The notes beneath the pieces were generated by a model that saw only the letters and a program-made list of their open reading frames with translations, ran no database searches and was not told the DNA's origin. A stretch of DNA of 64,000 bases. It comes from Callorhinchus milii. Its lineage: Eukaryota. Of the stretch, positions 1 to 12,923 are shown piece by piece; positions within the stretch are counted from its first letter, which is position 1, and every line of letters starts with the position of its first letter. Where the stretch lies: contig NW_024704743.1 in assembly GCF_018977255.1 (NCBI RefSeq), positions 42,472,001 through 42,536,000 of the forward strand, given 5' to 3'. The translations under genes and the position numbers were made by a program.

Positions 1-159
1 ATCAGGACTGATCTATCATCTTATTTGTAGCATGGTTATAGGAAGTTACGTTGGCTGCTTACAGTATGCATCATGTTATCAACAAAAAATTGAACTTCAC
101 TAGTGTCATCTCAAAGTATTTAGAGTGAGAGCCCCACATGATGGGATGAACATTTTTTT

Positions 160-327
160 TGGAAGGTATTATTATCCCTGGAAAGCGATCCACCAATCAA
201 CTAACATCCAGGCTCCTGCTCACTGCTAGGGAAACAGAGGGTTGTGGAGTGAGGAAACATAACAAAGGTTTTTCACTGCCTGGGAATTGAATCGGGGTCC
301 TCTGTCTTGTGAGGCAAATACTCTAAA
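160..327 (-). mobile_element. Degenerate 5' part of the tRNA-derived SINE (older, long subfamily)
   Basis: Reverse complement aligns with the head and central segment of the copy at 35846. Confidence 0.65.
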
Positions 328-1497
328 CAACAACAACTTGCATTTATATTGCACACTTCACACAGGGTAGCATCCTAGAGCACTTCAGATATTTTACAGA
401 CTCCACATTTAAGTACAAAGATTTCCAGAGAGTTGGGCAAGGTGACTGGTGGTGGGGTCGGGTGTGGTGCGGGATGGATGGACATGTATCAGGCCTAGTG
501 GAGGAAGTGGAAGAGGTAGACAGAGGTAGAGTGGAGACATTTGAATGAGAGTCTTAAAGTTAAACCACTGGGAGATAGAGTGACAGTGGAATATTAGGAG
601 TATAGTTAATACTTGTGAGTATGGGGGTGATGGGCTCATGGAGCCTGCTGCCTGTATCCCTGACACCTTCCCAAGCCTAATGATAGTCATGATACCTCTG
701 GCAGCATCAAAAGTAATTTACCATAATCATTATTTGCATTGGAGTGTCACTATAGACTGTATGGGTTCCAATCCCAACTTGGGGGGCTCTAAAAGTCTAT
801 AATGTTCTAGCCAAACCTGTCCCCATTACTTCACCTCCTTCACTGAGTTTGACTGGTAGCTTCCTAGCTCCAGTGACAAGAGAAATCCAGACACTATCCT
901 GTATTGAGGACTTCTGGCAAAATCATCAAAAATGTACTGTGCAATTATCCAAGTGCGATCCAAGGGCGTTGACAGTGTGGCTAACACCAATACCAAATCC
1001 AGCCGACAAATGGACTGATGCCTGGAATTGATCCAGATGCCACAATAAGTTACACATGCTCTTCAGGCTATGTTATGGTCTCGCAAAATGTGTCCACAAT
1101 GTGCCACCTGTAACTTTGCTGCTTAACTGGTGCATTTAGCTCAAGAGTGCAGTATAAGACCCCAGATTGTTCGAATTCTCCTTTCCTAAGTTTGTTAATT
1201 GTGCCAATATTACTGGTCATGTTAAATAAAATGTGTTTGCATTGTAGGCAAATGACAAATGTTGAAAAGAGGACTTTGCAATCTACTTTACTTAACTATA
1301 TTGATATTAATGGGCAGTCAAATGTATGACAGCAATTCAAACCAAAAATATCTCCTTTATTACTCTGAGATCCGTTGTGACGAACTCTAATACTTGTCAT
1401 TTGCAGTCTAACAGCATGCCATTATGGCAACCTCCTATAATACCCAATAGCAGAATGGAGATGGTAGCTGATTATGCACATTACAGTGTGTGTGTGT

Positions 1498-1800
1498 GTG
1501 GAGTCCTGTAGCTCAATGGTTAGAGCACTCGCCTTGCGAGATACCTGGGTTCGATTCCCATCAGGGTGAAACCTTGGGCACGTTTCCTTGCTCCACACGC
1601 CTGATAATAATCCCTCAAAAAAAACAATAATAAATGGGTCACTTCAGTCCACGACTGTTTGTGGGTCACTGCTGTGTGCAATTGGTTGCCGCGTTTTGCC
1701 CACAAATATACAGTCAATTCACCTTACAGTATGTTCTGTGAAGGGCTTTGAGATGTCTAGAAGACGGGAAAAGCACTATATCAAATGCAAGAATTATTTA
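1498..1800 (+). mobile_element. tRNA-Ala-derived SINE, near full length, next to a short (GT)n
   Basis: A box tagctcaatgg, B box ggttcgattcc, shared body, tail gcactatatcaaatgcaag. Confidence 0.9.
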
Positions 1801-2429
1801 TTACAGTACACATTATTAATGTTATGCTTTGTTTCATTTGAGGCATAGGGAGTCTAAGGACTTAAACCTTGATAGGACTGTTTGTGCCAAGGAGAATCAA
1901 CAGAGTGAAGAATGTGATATGTAAAGTGATAATTTTCACTAATGATAATTATCTCAACATGTATCACATTTTCAATACTTAAACCAATATCTAATAGAGT
2001 TATGAGAGAGAAAGAGAGCGAGAAGCATTGCTTTTCACCAAGTTACCATTATCATTATTTTTTTTCTTCCACTTTTTTGTCTTCTCCCACAAAAATATTT
2101 TGACTCCTGCTCTCCTTCTCCACAAGCTGCAGTTAACCCAGCTGTACCTAGCTCAAGAGGTCATTATTTATGTGTGAGCCTTGGCAATGAGTGTTAGCAG
2201 GCTATTCAACCATAGGCATCATCAAAGCCAAATTCAGTCCTTTGTATAGAGAGAATAATAATGATAATGATCTTTGCATCTGATATGGTGCCCTATCACG
2301 TTGTTGAGATATCTCAAAGCGCATCACAGATTATACTGTAAAGTGAATCGACTGTACATTTGTGGATGAAATGCAGCTAAAAAAATTGCACACTTTGTGC
2401 TAGTCAAATAAAAAACACATCACAAGATC

Positions 2430-3090
2430 AGTTTAGATGAAGAGGGCCTAATAATCCATTTAATCTCATGCATCCAGAATACCTACCTTACATCCACCCA
2501 TCACAGCATCAAATTGTCTCTTTAAATGAGCCTGGCCTCAACCACCCTCCCAATTGTTGTTTATGCTCTGGCTAAAAAAAGCTTCCTGGTATCTGTCCTG
2601 AAATTTCCCTTTGTAACCCTGAACATAATGCATGTTTTCTTCTACTGTTTTGGTTCATTCACAATATTGTTATGGGTTTACTTTTTCCATCCCATTCCCA
2701 TTTTTATAATACCTCCATTAGGTTCCCACTGAGGCATCCCAGACTGAAGAGCCCTAGCTTGACTAATTGTTGCTCATAGTTCATTCCCCTAACATTGAGG
2801 AATATTATGTCTTATGTTGTGATGATCAGAACTGTATGCAATACTCTAGGTGTGAACTATCTAGAGTGCAATATCGTTTGAATATGATGTTTGGGGATTC
2901 TAATTCAACCAATCTGGAATTATAGACCTGAATCCTGTTTGCCTTGTTTTATTATGGCCTCACACAATTTTGACATGGTAAGCGATGAGTCAACTAACAC
3001 CCCTAGATCTCTTTCATGTTCCCCCTTGGAAAGTTCCACTCCATCCATGAGTACATGTGTCTCCTATTCCTATTTCCTATAGGTTGCACC
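2430..3090 (-). mobile_element. Degenerate CR1 LINE 3' fragment
   Basis: Reverse complement resembles the CR1-type 3' regions at 9120-9660 and 24410-24720; boundaries approximate. Confidence 0.65.
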
Positions 3091-3300
3091 TTGCAGTTAT
3101 CTGTATTTGTAGACTATTTCTTTATTGGTTATCAGACAAATACATGGGAACTCTTAGTAGTTCCAAAAAAATCCTTGTTTAATATCGACAAAAGCATATC
3201 TTCCAACAGAGGTCTCCGGTAAGCAATCAGGAGCAAGTATTTCACCTTATTTTTTCTCCCAGCTGAGGTCAATTGTATTGTTTTTCAAGTCTCCTAATTT

Positions 3301-3640
3301 ACAACAACATCAAGATTACATTTGTATAGCGCCTTTCACGTCAGGAGGACATCCCAAGGTGCTGGACATAGTATAGCATTTCAGACCCAAGCTGGGGTTG
3401 GATGGGTAAGGGAAGGGAAAGGGGGTGGCATGGTCGAAGAGGACGGTCTTGAGGGTGGCACTTGAAGAAGGCTAAGGAGTGGGAGAGGCGGAGTGACTGG
3501 GAGATGGAATTCCAGAGGTTGGGGGCAGAGTGACTAAAGGCTCTCCAACCAATGGTGGGGCGGGTGGCTTGGGGGAAGTGGAGCAGGCTGGAGCCAGCTG
3601 AGCGGAGGGAACAGGTGGGTTGGTAGCTGGTAGTATTTAG
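3301..3640 (-). mobile_element. L2-type LINE 3' end
   Basis: ORF 3341..3652 reads LRSAGSSLLHFP...GWRAFSHSAPNLWNSI (L2 ORF2 C-terminus type); tail gtgaaaggcgctatacaaatg then (gtt)n. Confidence 0.85.
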
Positions 3641-3931
3641 TATCAGTAGCAAACTTTGAAGTTATTCCCTTTATTTCCATATAATTTATATTAATGGAAA
3701 ATAACAGAAGTTCCAGCACAGGTTCCTGGGATACGCCATGACCAAATCTGAAAAATATCCATTTACCCCACTCACCTTATCTTTGAATCGTTCAGTTTTT
3801 GATCCATGCCACCAACTTAGCTTTAATACTGTTCTCAGTTCTCCTCACCAGTTTCTTACAGGAAATCTTATTAAATGTGACAAGAAGGGTTATATGGATT
3901 TCTAAAGCTTAGTTTCAGTTTCAAACCGAAA

Positions 3932-4165
3932 CGGGTGGTAGAAATCTGGAATTCTCTCCCACAAAAGGCAGTGAACGCTGGATCCATTCACACCTTCAAG
4001 AGTGAGGTTGATAGATTTTTGGTAGGTCAGGGTATTAAGAAATATGGGGAGAAAGCAGGAAATTGGAATTGAAAGGAATAGTTGAGATACAGCTCAGCCA
4101 TGATCTAATTAAATGGTGGAACAGGTTCGAAGTGCTGAATTGCCTACTCCTGTTCCTATGTTCCT
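3932..4165 (+). mobile_element. CR1 LINE 3' end with gttcctat tail
   Basis: Highly similar to 61640-61869. Confidence 0.88.
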
Positions 4166-4975
4166 TCCTACGTAAAGCTTTTATTTTACGCTGTGCAATT
4201 TAGTTAGTGTTTTATCTTTGCAGGTTGAAGTCTGCACTGGTTAAGAATGTGTTTGTTAGTGAAATAATCTCAAGGTCTAAGGTTTCAGGGTAAGAAAATG
4301 GTTTTATAGTGAAATGTAACTTCAGAGATTGCATTTACAGGCATAGTTTAAGTCGAAGTTCAACCTCTCTGTGTGTTTTCGTAGAGGGCTGGGATGGGAG
4401 ACAATTTGAAATAAATATACTGGCGAAATAACATCTACAGTGATCCTAGAATGGAAGACACAAACACTTTATTCAGCAGCAATAACATGTGGCTTGTGTA
4501 ACGGTGGGCAACTCAGTATGTGTAAAGCCATGCACTGGGTCAATTGAATGTCCAGTGTAGTCAATAAGTAGAACAAACACTATTGATCATGCAGGAAGGA
4601 ACCACTCTTTATTTTTAAAACACTCAGTTGGGCATGTTGACTGGTCATGTAAATGTCACACAGTTTCTTGTGCAATCTTCTCAATAACTCTGTAAATCCC
4701 TGCCTCAGTCCCACCATCTTGGCCCCACTTTACATGCTCTGGGATGCTACCCTGCATTAGGGTTGCTATATAAATCCAAATTATTGTTGTTGCCCCTGCT
4801 TTGCCAGTCTTCAGATCACACCTGAAGAGTTTCCTCTTTGACTGTACCTATGACCACTTCCCCCCCTTCCCCAGCCCATTTCTCCCCATGTGAAAGGGCG
4901 CAAGTTGTTGTGGTAAAAAAGTCAGTTGTTTTCAAACCCTTTTTATAAAAAATCTTTTTAACTTTATTTTTTCAG

Positions 4976-5112
4976 GTATTCAATAGATCGGCATACTGAT
5001 TTGGATCGGTATTTTAACATAAACTCGACAACTGGATCAATTGTGTTGTTGAAAACACTTGACCGAGAAGAGATGCCTTGGCACAATATTACAATTATAG
5101 CAACCGAGACAA
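4976..5112 (+). CDS. CDH6: Cadherin-6 internal exon (EC4 region), 137 nt
   Basis: ttttttcag acceptor, gtaagt donor; translates [45 protein letters not shown] (cadherin LDRE motif); phase joins the next exon. Upstream exons are not seen in the window. Confidence 0.93.
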
Positions 5113-6143
5113 GTAAGTAGCCACTGAACACCATCTACATTCATCTTCACGTTGTGAAGGTTCTCACTCAATGTTGTACTTGAGAATTTTACTAATACAA
5201 AGGATTGCAAAAACAGGGTAACCGTGACAATGTGTCTCCTAAACAGGTTTTGTTTTGCTCCTTCTTTTTCTCAGCACAGTGCCTCTGAAAGAGAACTGAC
5301 AGTCATATCAGTTCCTGCTGAGGTAACTGATGTCAGTTGTAGCAATGCTGGGCTACACTAGTAGTCTTTGTGTCCCTCGGTTAGGGAAGGGAAAATATGA
5401 GCCAGGGCTCTCATTTCTAATCACGATCCCTTGATTCCCCAAGAAAATATGTGTGAACTGATGTCAGGTGAAAACAAGATTGGGCATGGGTGTGATGGCC
5501 CCTGCTGTCAAAAAGCCTCAGAATGATTACCGTTGACTTAAACAGCTGCCACCAGAAAAGAAAAGATAGGGAGGAAATTGGAGAGAAAAGCAAATAAGCT
5601 TTGTTGACACTCTATAGTAAGGCATGGCGTTTTTTCACCAACTAACTGACCCAATGCCTATTATGCATGTATAACTTAAACACAGTAAATCGGAAGGTGC
5701 AGATGGTTGGTTCAAGCACCTCAGAATCCTCATCTGCGCGCAGAAAATTCACAGTAACGTCACTCTTTCCAATCAATAGTGAAGTCTGTTTATTTCTGTT
5801 CTGGAGAAATGAAGTAAATCATTGGTTCTGATTTGACTGAAAAATAGTCAAAACAATTTGATTTTTCATGTTATCCATCATTTTATTTCCAAAGCAGCTC
5901 ATGTCAGATAAGCAGAGAACCAGTCTGCCAAGTTCTTTATTGCTTAGATAGGGATTATTCACTGAGTAGGATTTCACAACGATAGGGATGAATGGGAACG
6001 GTATGTATATATGTTGGGGTTCCTTTGGTCCAGATTACCCTTGTATCAGGATTATACAAGGATTAAGTATGATTACAACCAAACTCATGTGTACTGTTAT
6101 TTATTTGAAGGTTTTTGAGAATTACACTTATTTTTATTTGCAG

Positions 6144-6265
6144 ACCTTCACAAGCAAAGCAGCCGTGCACCTGTTTACATCAAGGTTTTGGACATCAATG
6201 ACAACGCTCCTGAATTTCCCATGTTCTATGAGACTTTTGTCTGTGAAAATGCTGAGGCTGGCCAG
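6144..6265 (+). CDS. CDH6: Cadherin-6 internal exon (EC4/EC5 junction), 122 nt
   Basis: ttgcag acceptor, gtagag donor; [41 protein letters not shown], containing the DxNDNxP calcium-binding motif. Confidence 0.94.
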
Positions 6266-7230
6266 GTAGAGTTTAAGGGCAGAAGCTAAGTTTTTCTTAA
6301 AAAACAGTGGGCAATGGAGTGATGTAGCCATAACTAAGAAACAGGCTGCCTGGTCTGAATTGCAATCCACAAAATATCCACACGCCTATTATAGTTGTTT
6401 TGAGGCACTTTGTATCATAAGATTATGCGGCTTCACAAATGCTTCAGTTAAGTAAATTTATTGCTGTTTATGCAACTTTCTTTGTACTTCAATGGCTGAA
6501 GCCCATAAGACATCCCAACTCCATGATAATATCGTCACACGATCTCAACATAAATTACAATTGATCGCTTTTGAACATGCACATAACAATCAAAGAACCA
6601 CAGAATAAAAATGGATAAAATAACAGTACCTGGTACATGCGTTCAATGCACTTTGTTTAATATTTTGAATGTATGTTTTCATTAAGATAATGCATCTCAG
6701 ATTCATTGCAGATTGAATCAGCTTCATTGCCCCAACAAATGTATCAATCAGACAGATATTCAGATGGGAATCTCTTGCTATGCCATTGTGACCTCTCCCT
6801 GCTCAGTTCATCCTACCTTGAGGTGTCTATGAACAAGAACATCTCCTTCACAAATTGAAGTAACTGGCTATCAAGGGCAAGGCATGGATTTGTAATTGCT
6901 GAAGGGGAAGTAAGCAGAGGGTAAATGTTGGGGGAGCCCAGTCGAAATGGGGAAAGTTTTAAGCAGGTGCCTCAGAGGTCTGTACTGGGATACCTTCTGT
7001 TCCCTCCAATACATAACCTGCCAACAGCCACTATCAAGGCTCACACAAATGGTCATTTGGGTGACAAGAATGAGGCACTATCAAATCCTGAGAACCTATA
7101 CCTAAGTGGAAGGAACCTATACCTAAGTCAAAATGAGAGGAGAGTAAATTAAAGTAGGTAAAGAAGAGAACTAGCTTTCATATTTGTATTTGTTTTGGTT
7201 GACTGCTAACATTACTGTGTTTTGACCCAG

Positions 7231-7348
7231 TTGATACAGACAGTCAGTGCTGTGGATCAGGATTCTCCCCCTAGCGGATCCAAATTTTTCTTCAGTTTGG
7301 CTCCAGAAGTCGTCCATAACCCAAACTTCACAGTTCGGGACAATGAAG
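7231..7348 (+). CDS. CDH6: Cadherin-6 internal exon (EC5), 118 nt
   Basis: cccag acceptor, gtaagg donor; [39 protein letters not shown]. Confidence 0.93.
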
Positions 7349-7899
7349 GTAAGGATTTGTAACAAAAAAAATGTCCAAACAATGAAAAGACAAAATAAGA
7401 AACCAATACATGTATCAGGGACTCAAGACCAGTCTGCCACTCGAACTATCTCATTCTCTAGGTTCTCAGATATTCCCGAGCTAAAAAGAAATCTGTTCAG
7501 TGGATGTCCTTTCCTCATGTGGGATATTCATGCTTTCCTCATTTGATTTGTGGGGAGTGTTGCAGAATGTGTGTTGCCAAATTCAGTCCACATTGACAGG
7601 AAGTTCACATTGTCACTTTGTCAGAACCATAGACTGTTGAGCTACCTTCAAATACCCTGATTCCTCTCTCTTGGACCACATGCCCCACACTGCTAAGCTA
7701 AGAGGTTGGGAAGTCTTTGGAAGGAAGATGAGAAGGGAACAGAGCAGATCCTAAGGGAGGAAAATAACTGACAGTCTTCAATGATGTATGGCATACAATT
7801 TTCGGGGCTATTCGTCTGAAAAGCACCATCAGAGGTCTCTCTTATTCTGCTTTCTGTTTTGTAGAGATTTGAATCTTTCATGTTTAAAATTCTTTTCAG

Positions 7900-8151
7900 A
7901 CAACACAGCAGGAATTCTGACCAAACGAACTGGATTCAGCCGTCAGGAAATGAGCACCTATCTTCTGCCAATTGTCATTTCTGACAAAGAATATCCTATT
8001 CAGAGCAGCACCAACACTCTTGTAATTGGAGTGTGCGCTTGTGACCGCGATGGCAATATGCAGTCTTGTAATGCTGAAGCTATAATCCTTCCTGCTGGCC
8101 TCAGCACTGGAGCTCTTATTGCCATTCTGCTGTGCATCATTATTCTCCTTG
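7900..8151 (+). CDS. CDH6: Cadherin-6 exon (end of EC5, start of transmembrane helix), 252 nt
   Basis: ttttcag acceptor, gtgagt donor; [29 protein letters not shown]...[40 protein letters not shown] (inside ORF 7788..8174). Confidence 0.96.
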
Positions 8152-9119
8152 GTGAGTGCCTTTCAAGCAGTTAGATTTTCATTTCAATTAACTGCCTGTT
8201 CTTACTTATTGTCTCTTAGCTGTCACAGTATGTTTGAGGCACAATTGCAGCACAGCAGTCAGTATCTGAGTAGAGAATGGTAAGTGACATGAAATAATCA
8301 ACATGGCAGAATTCATCTCAACCCAAGATTAAAACTGTATCCTGTTAGAGACATTAAGTAGGGATGAGAAGAAAGCTGGGATAGAACAGCATGTTAGAAA
8401 GTTTTCGGTATTTTCCAGTAGCTGTCGCTATCTAGAGGTATCAGATTTTCTAAGACTTTTTGTGCTGTTCTATAGTATTTTTACACAAGGAAAACTTTCC
8501 TTCCCCTGTGTATGAAAGTGAAAGGCCATCATCGGGAAGAACAAATGAGTACTCCTTAAAACATCATACAAGTGGCTATGCCAGCCTGTTAGCTGCTTAC
8601 CATAGTTATATCGCTACGACAACATCCTGGAACAGCAGGACTGCTTATTATGCAGTCATATCTTGCATGAAAGACATTTGCTATTGGCATTGACATCATT
8701 GCATTGGTTTCTTTATAAAGTGAAGTAGATTAAAAAAGTTTGTGAAGGGTTTTTTCCATTGTTTGCTGACAGTAAATATCTGCACTGGATCCTAATAAGT
8801 TATGGTAGATCAATTCGTAATTTTTCACCGCTCTGGGTCAGCAAATAAAGTATATACAAGACATTTTTCCTATTGCTATTGTAAATTAGAAAAACAATTT
8901 TAAAAAATGTTGAGACTTCCGAAAGGCATTGAACGAAGTATCACAAGAAAGACTGATGATACTAGGTATCAAAGCTCTGTACTTGATCCCCTCCTGCAAC
9001 TTATATACAGTAATGACTTCCCAGTCTCGATGTAAGGAAGGCTAATGTAGATAAATGTAAGGTGCTATGTAGGAAGTAAGAATAGGAGGCACATATACGA
9101 ATGGATGGGAAAGAACTAA

Positions 9120-9660
9120 ATAGTGTGAGGCAGTAATAAGCAAGGCAAATAGGATACTGAGCTGTATTGCCAAATCAGCAGAATTCAGATCCCGAGAAGC
9201 TGTACAGTGCTCTGGTAAGGCCACACCAATGTACTGTGTACATTTGTGGTCGCACATTTCTGGGGCTGCCCAAGCTCTAGAAACCAAAGGAGAGTCACAA
9301 GAATGATCCGCAGTGTCAGAGGAACAAGCTATGAGCAATAATTAGGCAAGCTAGGGGTCTTCAGTCTTGGAAAGGCATATCTTGGAGGGGAACTCCCAGA
9401 GATATATAAGATTTGGAACGGAATTGAGAAAGTAAACATAGAACGATTGTTTAGGATACACCAAGACAGTCAAACAAGACAACACAGGTTTAGAGTCGTA
9501 AGGACAACTTCAAGACAAATATCAGGAAGTTTTTATTTACCCAGGTGGTAATTAACGACCAGAATAATTACTTGGAAGGATAGTTGAGGCCAGCTCACTG
9601 GACTCATTTTGAAAACTGTGGTAGGATATCATCCAAGTGGGTATTCTGGAAGGAACCTCT
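9120..9660 (+). mobile_element. Degenerate CR1 LINE 3' fragment in the last CDH6 intron
   Basis: Remnants of CR1 ORF2 C-terminal sequence (ctggtaaggccacacc...tactgtgtacatttgtggtc); accounts for the spurious N-terminus of ORF 9609..10211. Confidence 0.7.
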
Positions 9661-9720
9661 TTCATGGTCTTGTGATTATAATTGAAACAACTAAATCTAA
9701 AGTATTCTTGTTATGTTTAG

Positions 9721-10211
9721 TTATTGTAGTGCTCTTTGCTGCCATGAGAAAGCAACGAAAGAAGGAGCCTCTCATCATTTCCAAAGAGGACATTCGAGAT
9801 AACATTGTCAGTTACAATGATGAAGGAGGTGGAGAGGAGGACACACAGGCCTTCGACATTAGTACGCTGAGGAACCCTGAAGTGATAGAAGACAGCCAGT
9901 TGCGCAGGGATATCAAGCCAGAGACTTTCCTTCTGCCACGACGGACCCCACCACTACAAGACAACACCGACGTCAAAGATTTCATTAACCAGAGGTTAAA
10001 GGAGAATGATGTCGATCCCAGTGCACCTCCTTATGACTCCCTAGCGACGTATGCCTATGAAGGAACTGGTTCCATAGCTGAGTCACTCAGTTCCTTAGAA
10101 TCAGTTACCACAGAGACAGACCAGGATTACGATTACCTCAGTGATTGGGGACCTCGGTTTAAAAAACTCGCAGACATGTACGGAGGTGAAGACAGCGACA
10201 GGGACTCTTAG
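9721..10211 (+). CDS. CDH6: Cadherin-6 last coding exon (end of TM plus cytoplasmic catenin-binding tail), stop TAG 10209-10211
   Basis: gtttag acceptor; [46 protein letters not shown]...[13 protein letters not shown]...[28 protein letters not shown]. The tail matches CDH6 as I recall it, and DROSHA adjacency favours CDH6 over paralogues CDH9/CDH10. Confidence 0.95.
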
Positions 10212-12748
10212 CAAGTAAAGTCGTGTCCTGAAATCCATCGGTCAGAAGGACTGAATGTGTTCCAGTGTTAACACATGGGCCATTACTTAACTTTTTCCAA
10301 ATCCTTCCCTACTAAATGAACATTTATTGTGACTTTTTGGACTTTGTTCACTTATTCATGTTCTCAGAATGGTCCAGTTTGAAAAGTATGTCATTTATGC
10401 TTCATTTAAGGAAATGAATCTCCAAAAAAAAGACCCATTGTTACACAAATTTATACTGTATCGTGTGCTCACACTGCATAGGAATTTTCCCATTTCTTAT
10501 GGCAAATCTGGTGGAGGCGTAAATTTAATCCTTGGTCTATTTCTCATGCAAAGATGCTTCACAGGTAAATGCCAGCCGCACCAAGAATATAAAACGTATT
10601 CAAATGTGCTTAGGGCAAGATCTTGAAACTGGTTAATCCAAATGTTGTCAGCTGCAAGATCTGGGTTAGAACCCAGTGGCAGACAGTATTCCTCGGTACT
10701 TGTTTCCTGTTTGGAAGCTTTTTTGTGCATCTTTCCGAACTCCAAGCGGCCATATCCAAGAAATCCAAGTCCAGCATTAAATGGACTGAACAGGTTTTCA
10801 GGAATGGTCAACATGAAAATGGTATGCCTATTGATGGAAACCTAGAATATGTCATATTGTGTATGTAACTTGCACACTGCAATGTCAAGGTTAAAGGTCC
10901 AGGTATGGCATTGACAGTTATATTATGCCTATTGAAAGTAAACTTCAAATGCATCACAATGGGCACATAACACAATGTGCTGAAAATGACACACATGCAA
11001 CTTAACAAGATATATCCGAAGTTTTCCCAGGATTACAAGAGGTAGTTACACAACTAGCTGGCACATCCCTAGAGTAAAATAATTGAATTAGATGTTTGAG
11101 CTGAACACGTGGTTTGAGTCAAATGTTTCCTTCACAATGTACTGTACTGTTACTTAGATTCAATATACACAGATGCATACATATTGTATGTAGAGCTGTC
11201 TAACGTAGTGTAGATGTGAATCACTACAGGTGCGTTTTAAAAAAGTTAACTTGCTTGGTTGTTGACTGTCTGATGCTGCAGCTGTTTCTGAGCTGCAAAC
11301 ATTAAAACTAATAATGCAAGCTCCCCTTTTTACTTTCTCATCACGAAGATGAAAGCAGGTGTTAATTCAAAGCCTGCCACAGAACAAGAGACTTGGGCTT
11401 CTAAGGGAGCTTCATCAGTTGTTCACTTAAAACACAGCAGAGTAGTGCTTGCCAAAACTGGAAAACAACAGTGCCCTAGGAGGAGCGTGGCCTTTCAAGT
11501 GAGTGTGATGATTCACTGATCACACTAACTGGCTCAAACAAATTCTCTCGGAGGCAGCTTATTATTGTCCAACTCTGTAACAGAATCAGCTCGTCAACTA
11601 CATCTTAGCTTCTGTACACCACATATTCAGTGTTTAGTTGGGAAGTTCCAGCCATGGTAATAATTGTAAAAGGCAATGTGTTTAAAGGTTCAGAGTGTGT
11701 AATAAGATGAGAAACATAAAATAGAATAGAATACATTTAAAAAACAGAAAAAAACAGTCTGATACCTGCCTGGAATGTCTGCCTAATGCAGACAGATGGT
11801 TGTGTTCATTGAAGTAGATGCATCATGTACTACTGAGTACGTAGGAGGAGAGGCCTGGCTGACCTCTCATTAAATAAAGAGCTTGCAGCCTTCGCCTCAA
11901 AGAGGTAACATGTTGACTGTTGACACTTTGACATCTGTACCAATGATTCATAACAATTGGACCTGCAGCATCAGTCAGACAGTCAGTTATTTTCAAGTTG
12001 CCTCTCAAATATAATGCCGGAAAGGTCACCTAATTTGAGCTCAGCAAGCCCTTATGCTTTGGATTCCTTGCCTCGCTGCTCTTCTATTCTCCTCACTGCT
12101 AAGCGTTATATTATTTAGGGCTAACACTGGACAGTTTGATCACTGGTACAGAGGCAAAAGAGCTCACTAATATCCATGTCGTGAATGCAGCTGAGGATCT
12201 TATAAAAATGTGTTTTTCATCCAAATTAGCTGCATTGCATTTGGACATAATGGAGATTTAGAGGGAGAACTCATTTCATGGTTCAGAATGCAACAACATA
12301 CAGCTCACATTTGTGGGAATTAGCACTATACAGATGTGGAGATTTCACATCAAACGTTGAGCTGTGTTAGATTAAATGCCCTTTAAATTTTGATCTGGAA
12401 ACCCAACATTCCCGTTTGTTTTTTATCCCTGTATCTTTTTCACAGCAACTACATTTCAAATGTACACACAGTCATAATGTACTCCAATCGGGGGAAAATA
12501 TTCTGTAGCTACTTAAACAATTCAGTTTCCATGTAAGACTGTGTAGAGCGATAAGTAACAATGGGATTGCCTCGTGCAACATCACTGCCAGCTTCTTTGA
12601 ATTCAACAGAGTGATTGATAGATTGGTGATGAGGGACAGATCTCGATTTAATTTGAAATTTCCTGGCCCTTTGCCAAACTGCTGAGCATTGCATGACTCT
12701 TTTTGAAAGAAGAGCAGGGAATTGAACAATGGGGAATGTGAATGTTTC

Positions 12749-12923
12749 TGGTCATTTTCAATCCACGACTGTTTGTGGGACACTGCTGTGCACAATTGGC
12801 TGCCGCGTTTAGCCCACAAATATGCAGTCAATTCACTTTACAGCATATTCTGTGAAGCGCTTTGAAACGTCTAGGAGACGTGAAAAGTGCTAAATCAAAT
12901 GCAAGGGTTATTATTATTATTAT
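12749..12923 (+). mobile_element. 5'-truncated SINE inside the probable CDH6 3'UTR
   Basis: Matches the 3' half of the SINE family and ends in (tta)n. Confidence 0.9.

Noticed and set aside
9609..9720. N-terminal extension of the 200-aa cadherin ORF
   Set aside because: Intronic (CR1 remnant plus acceptor region); the exon starts at 9721
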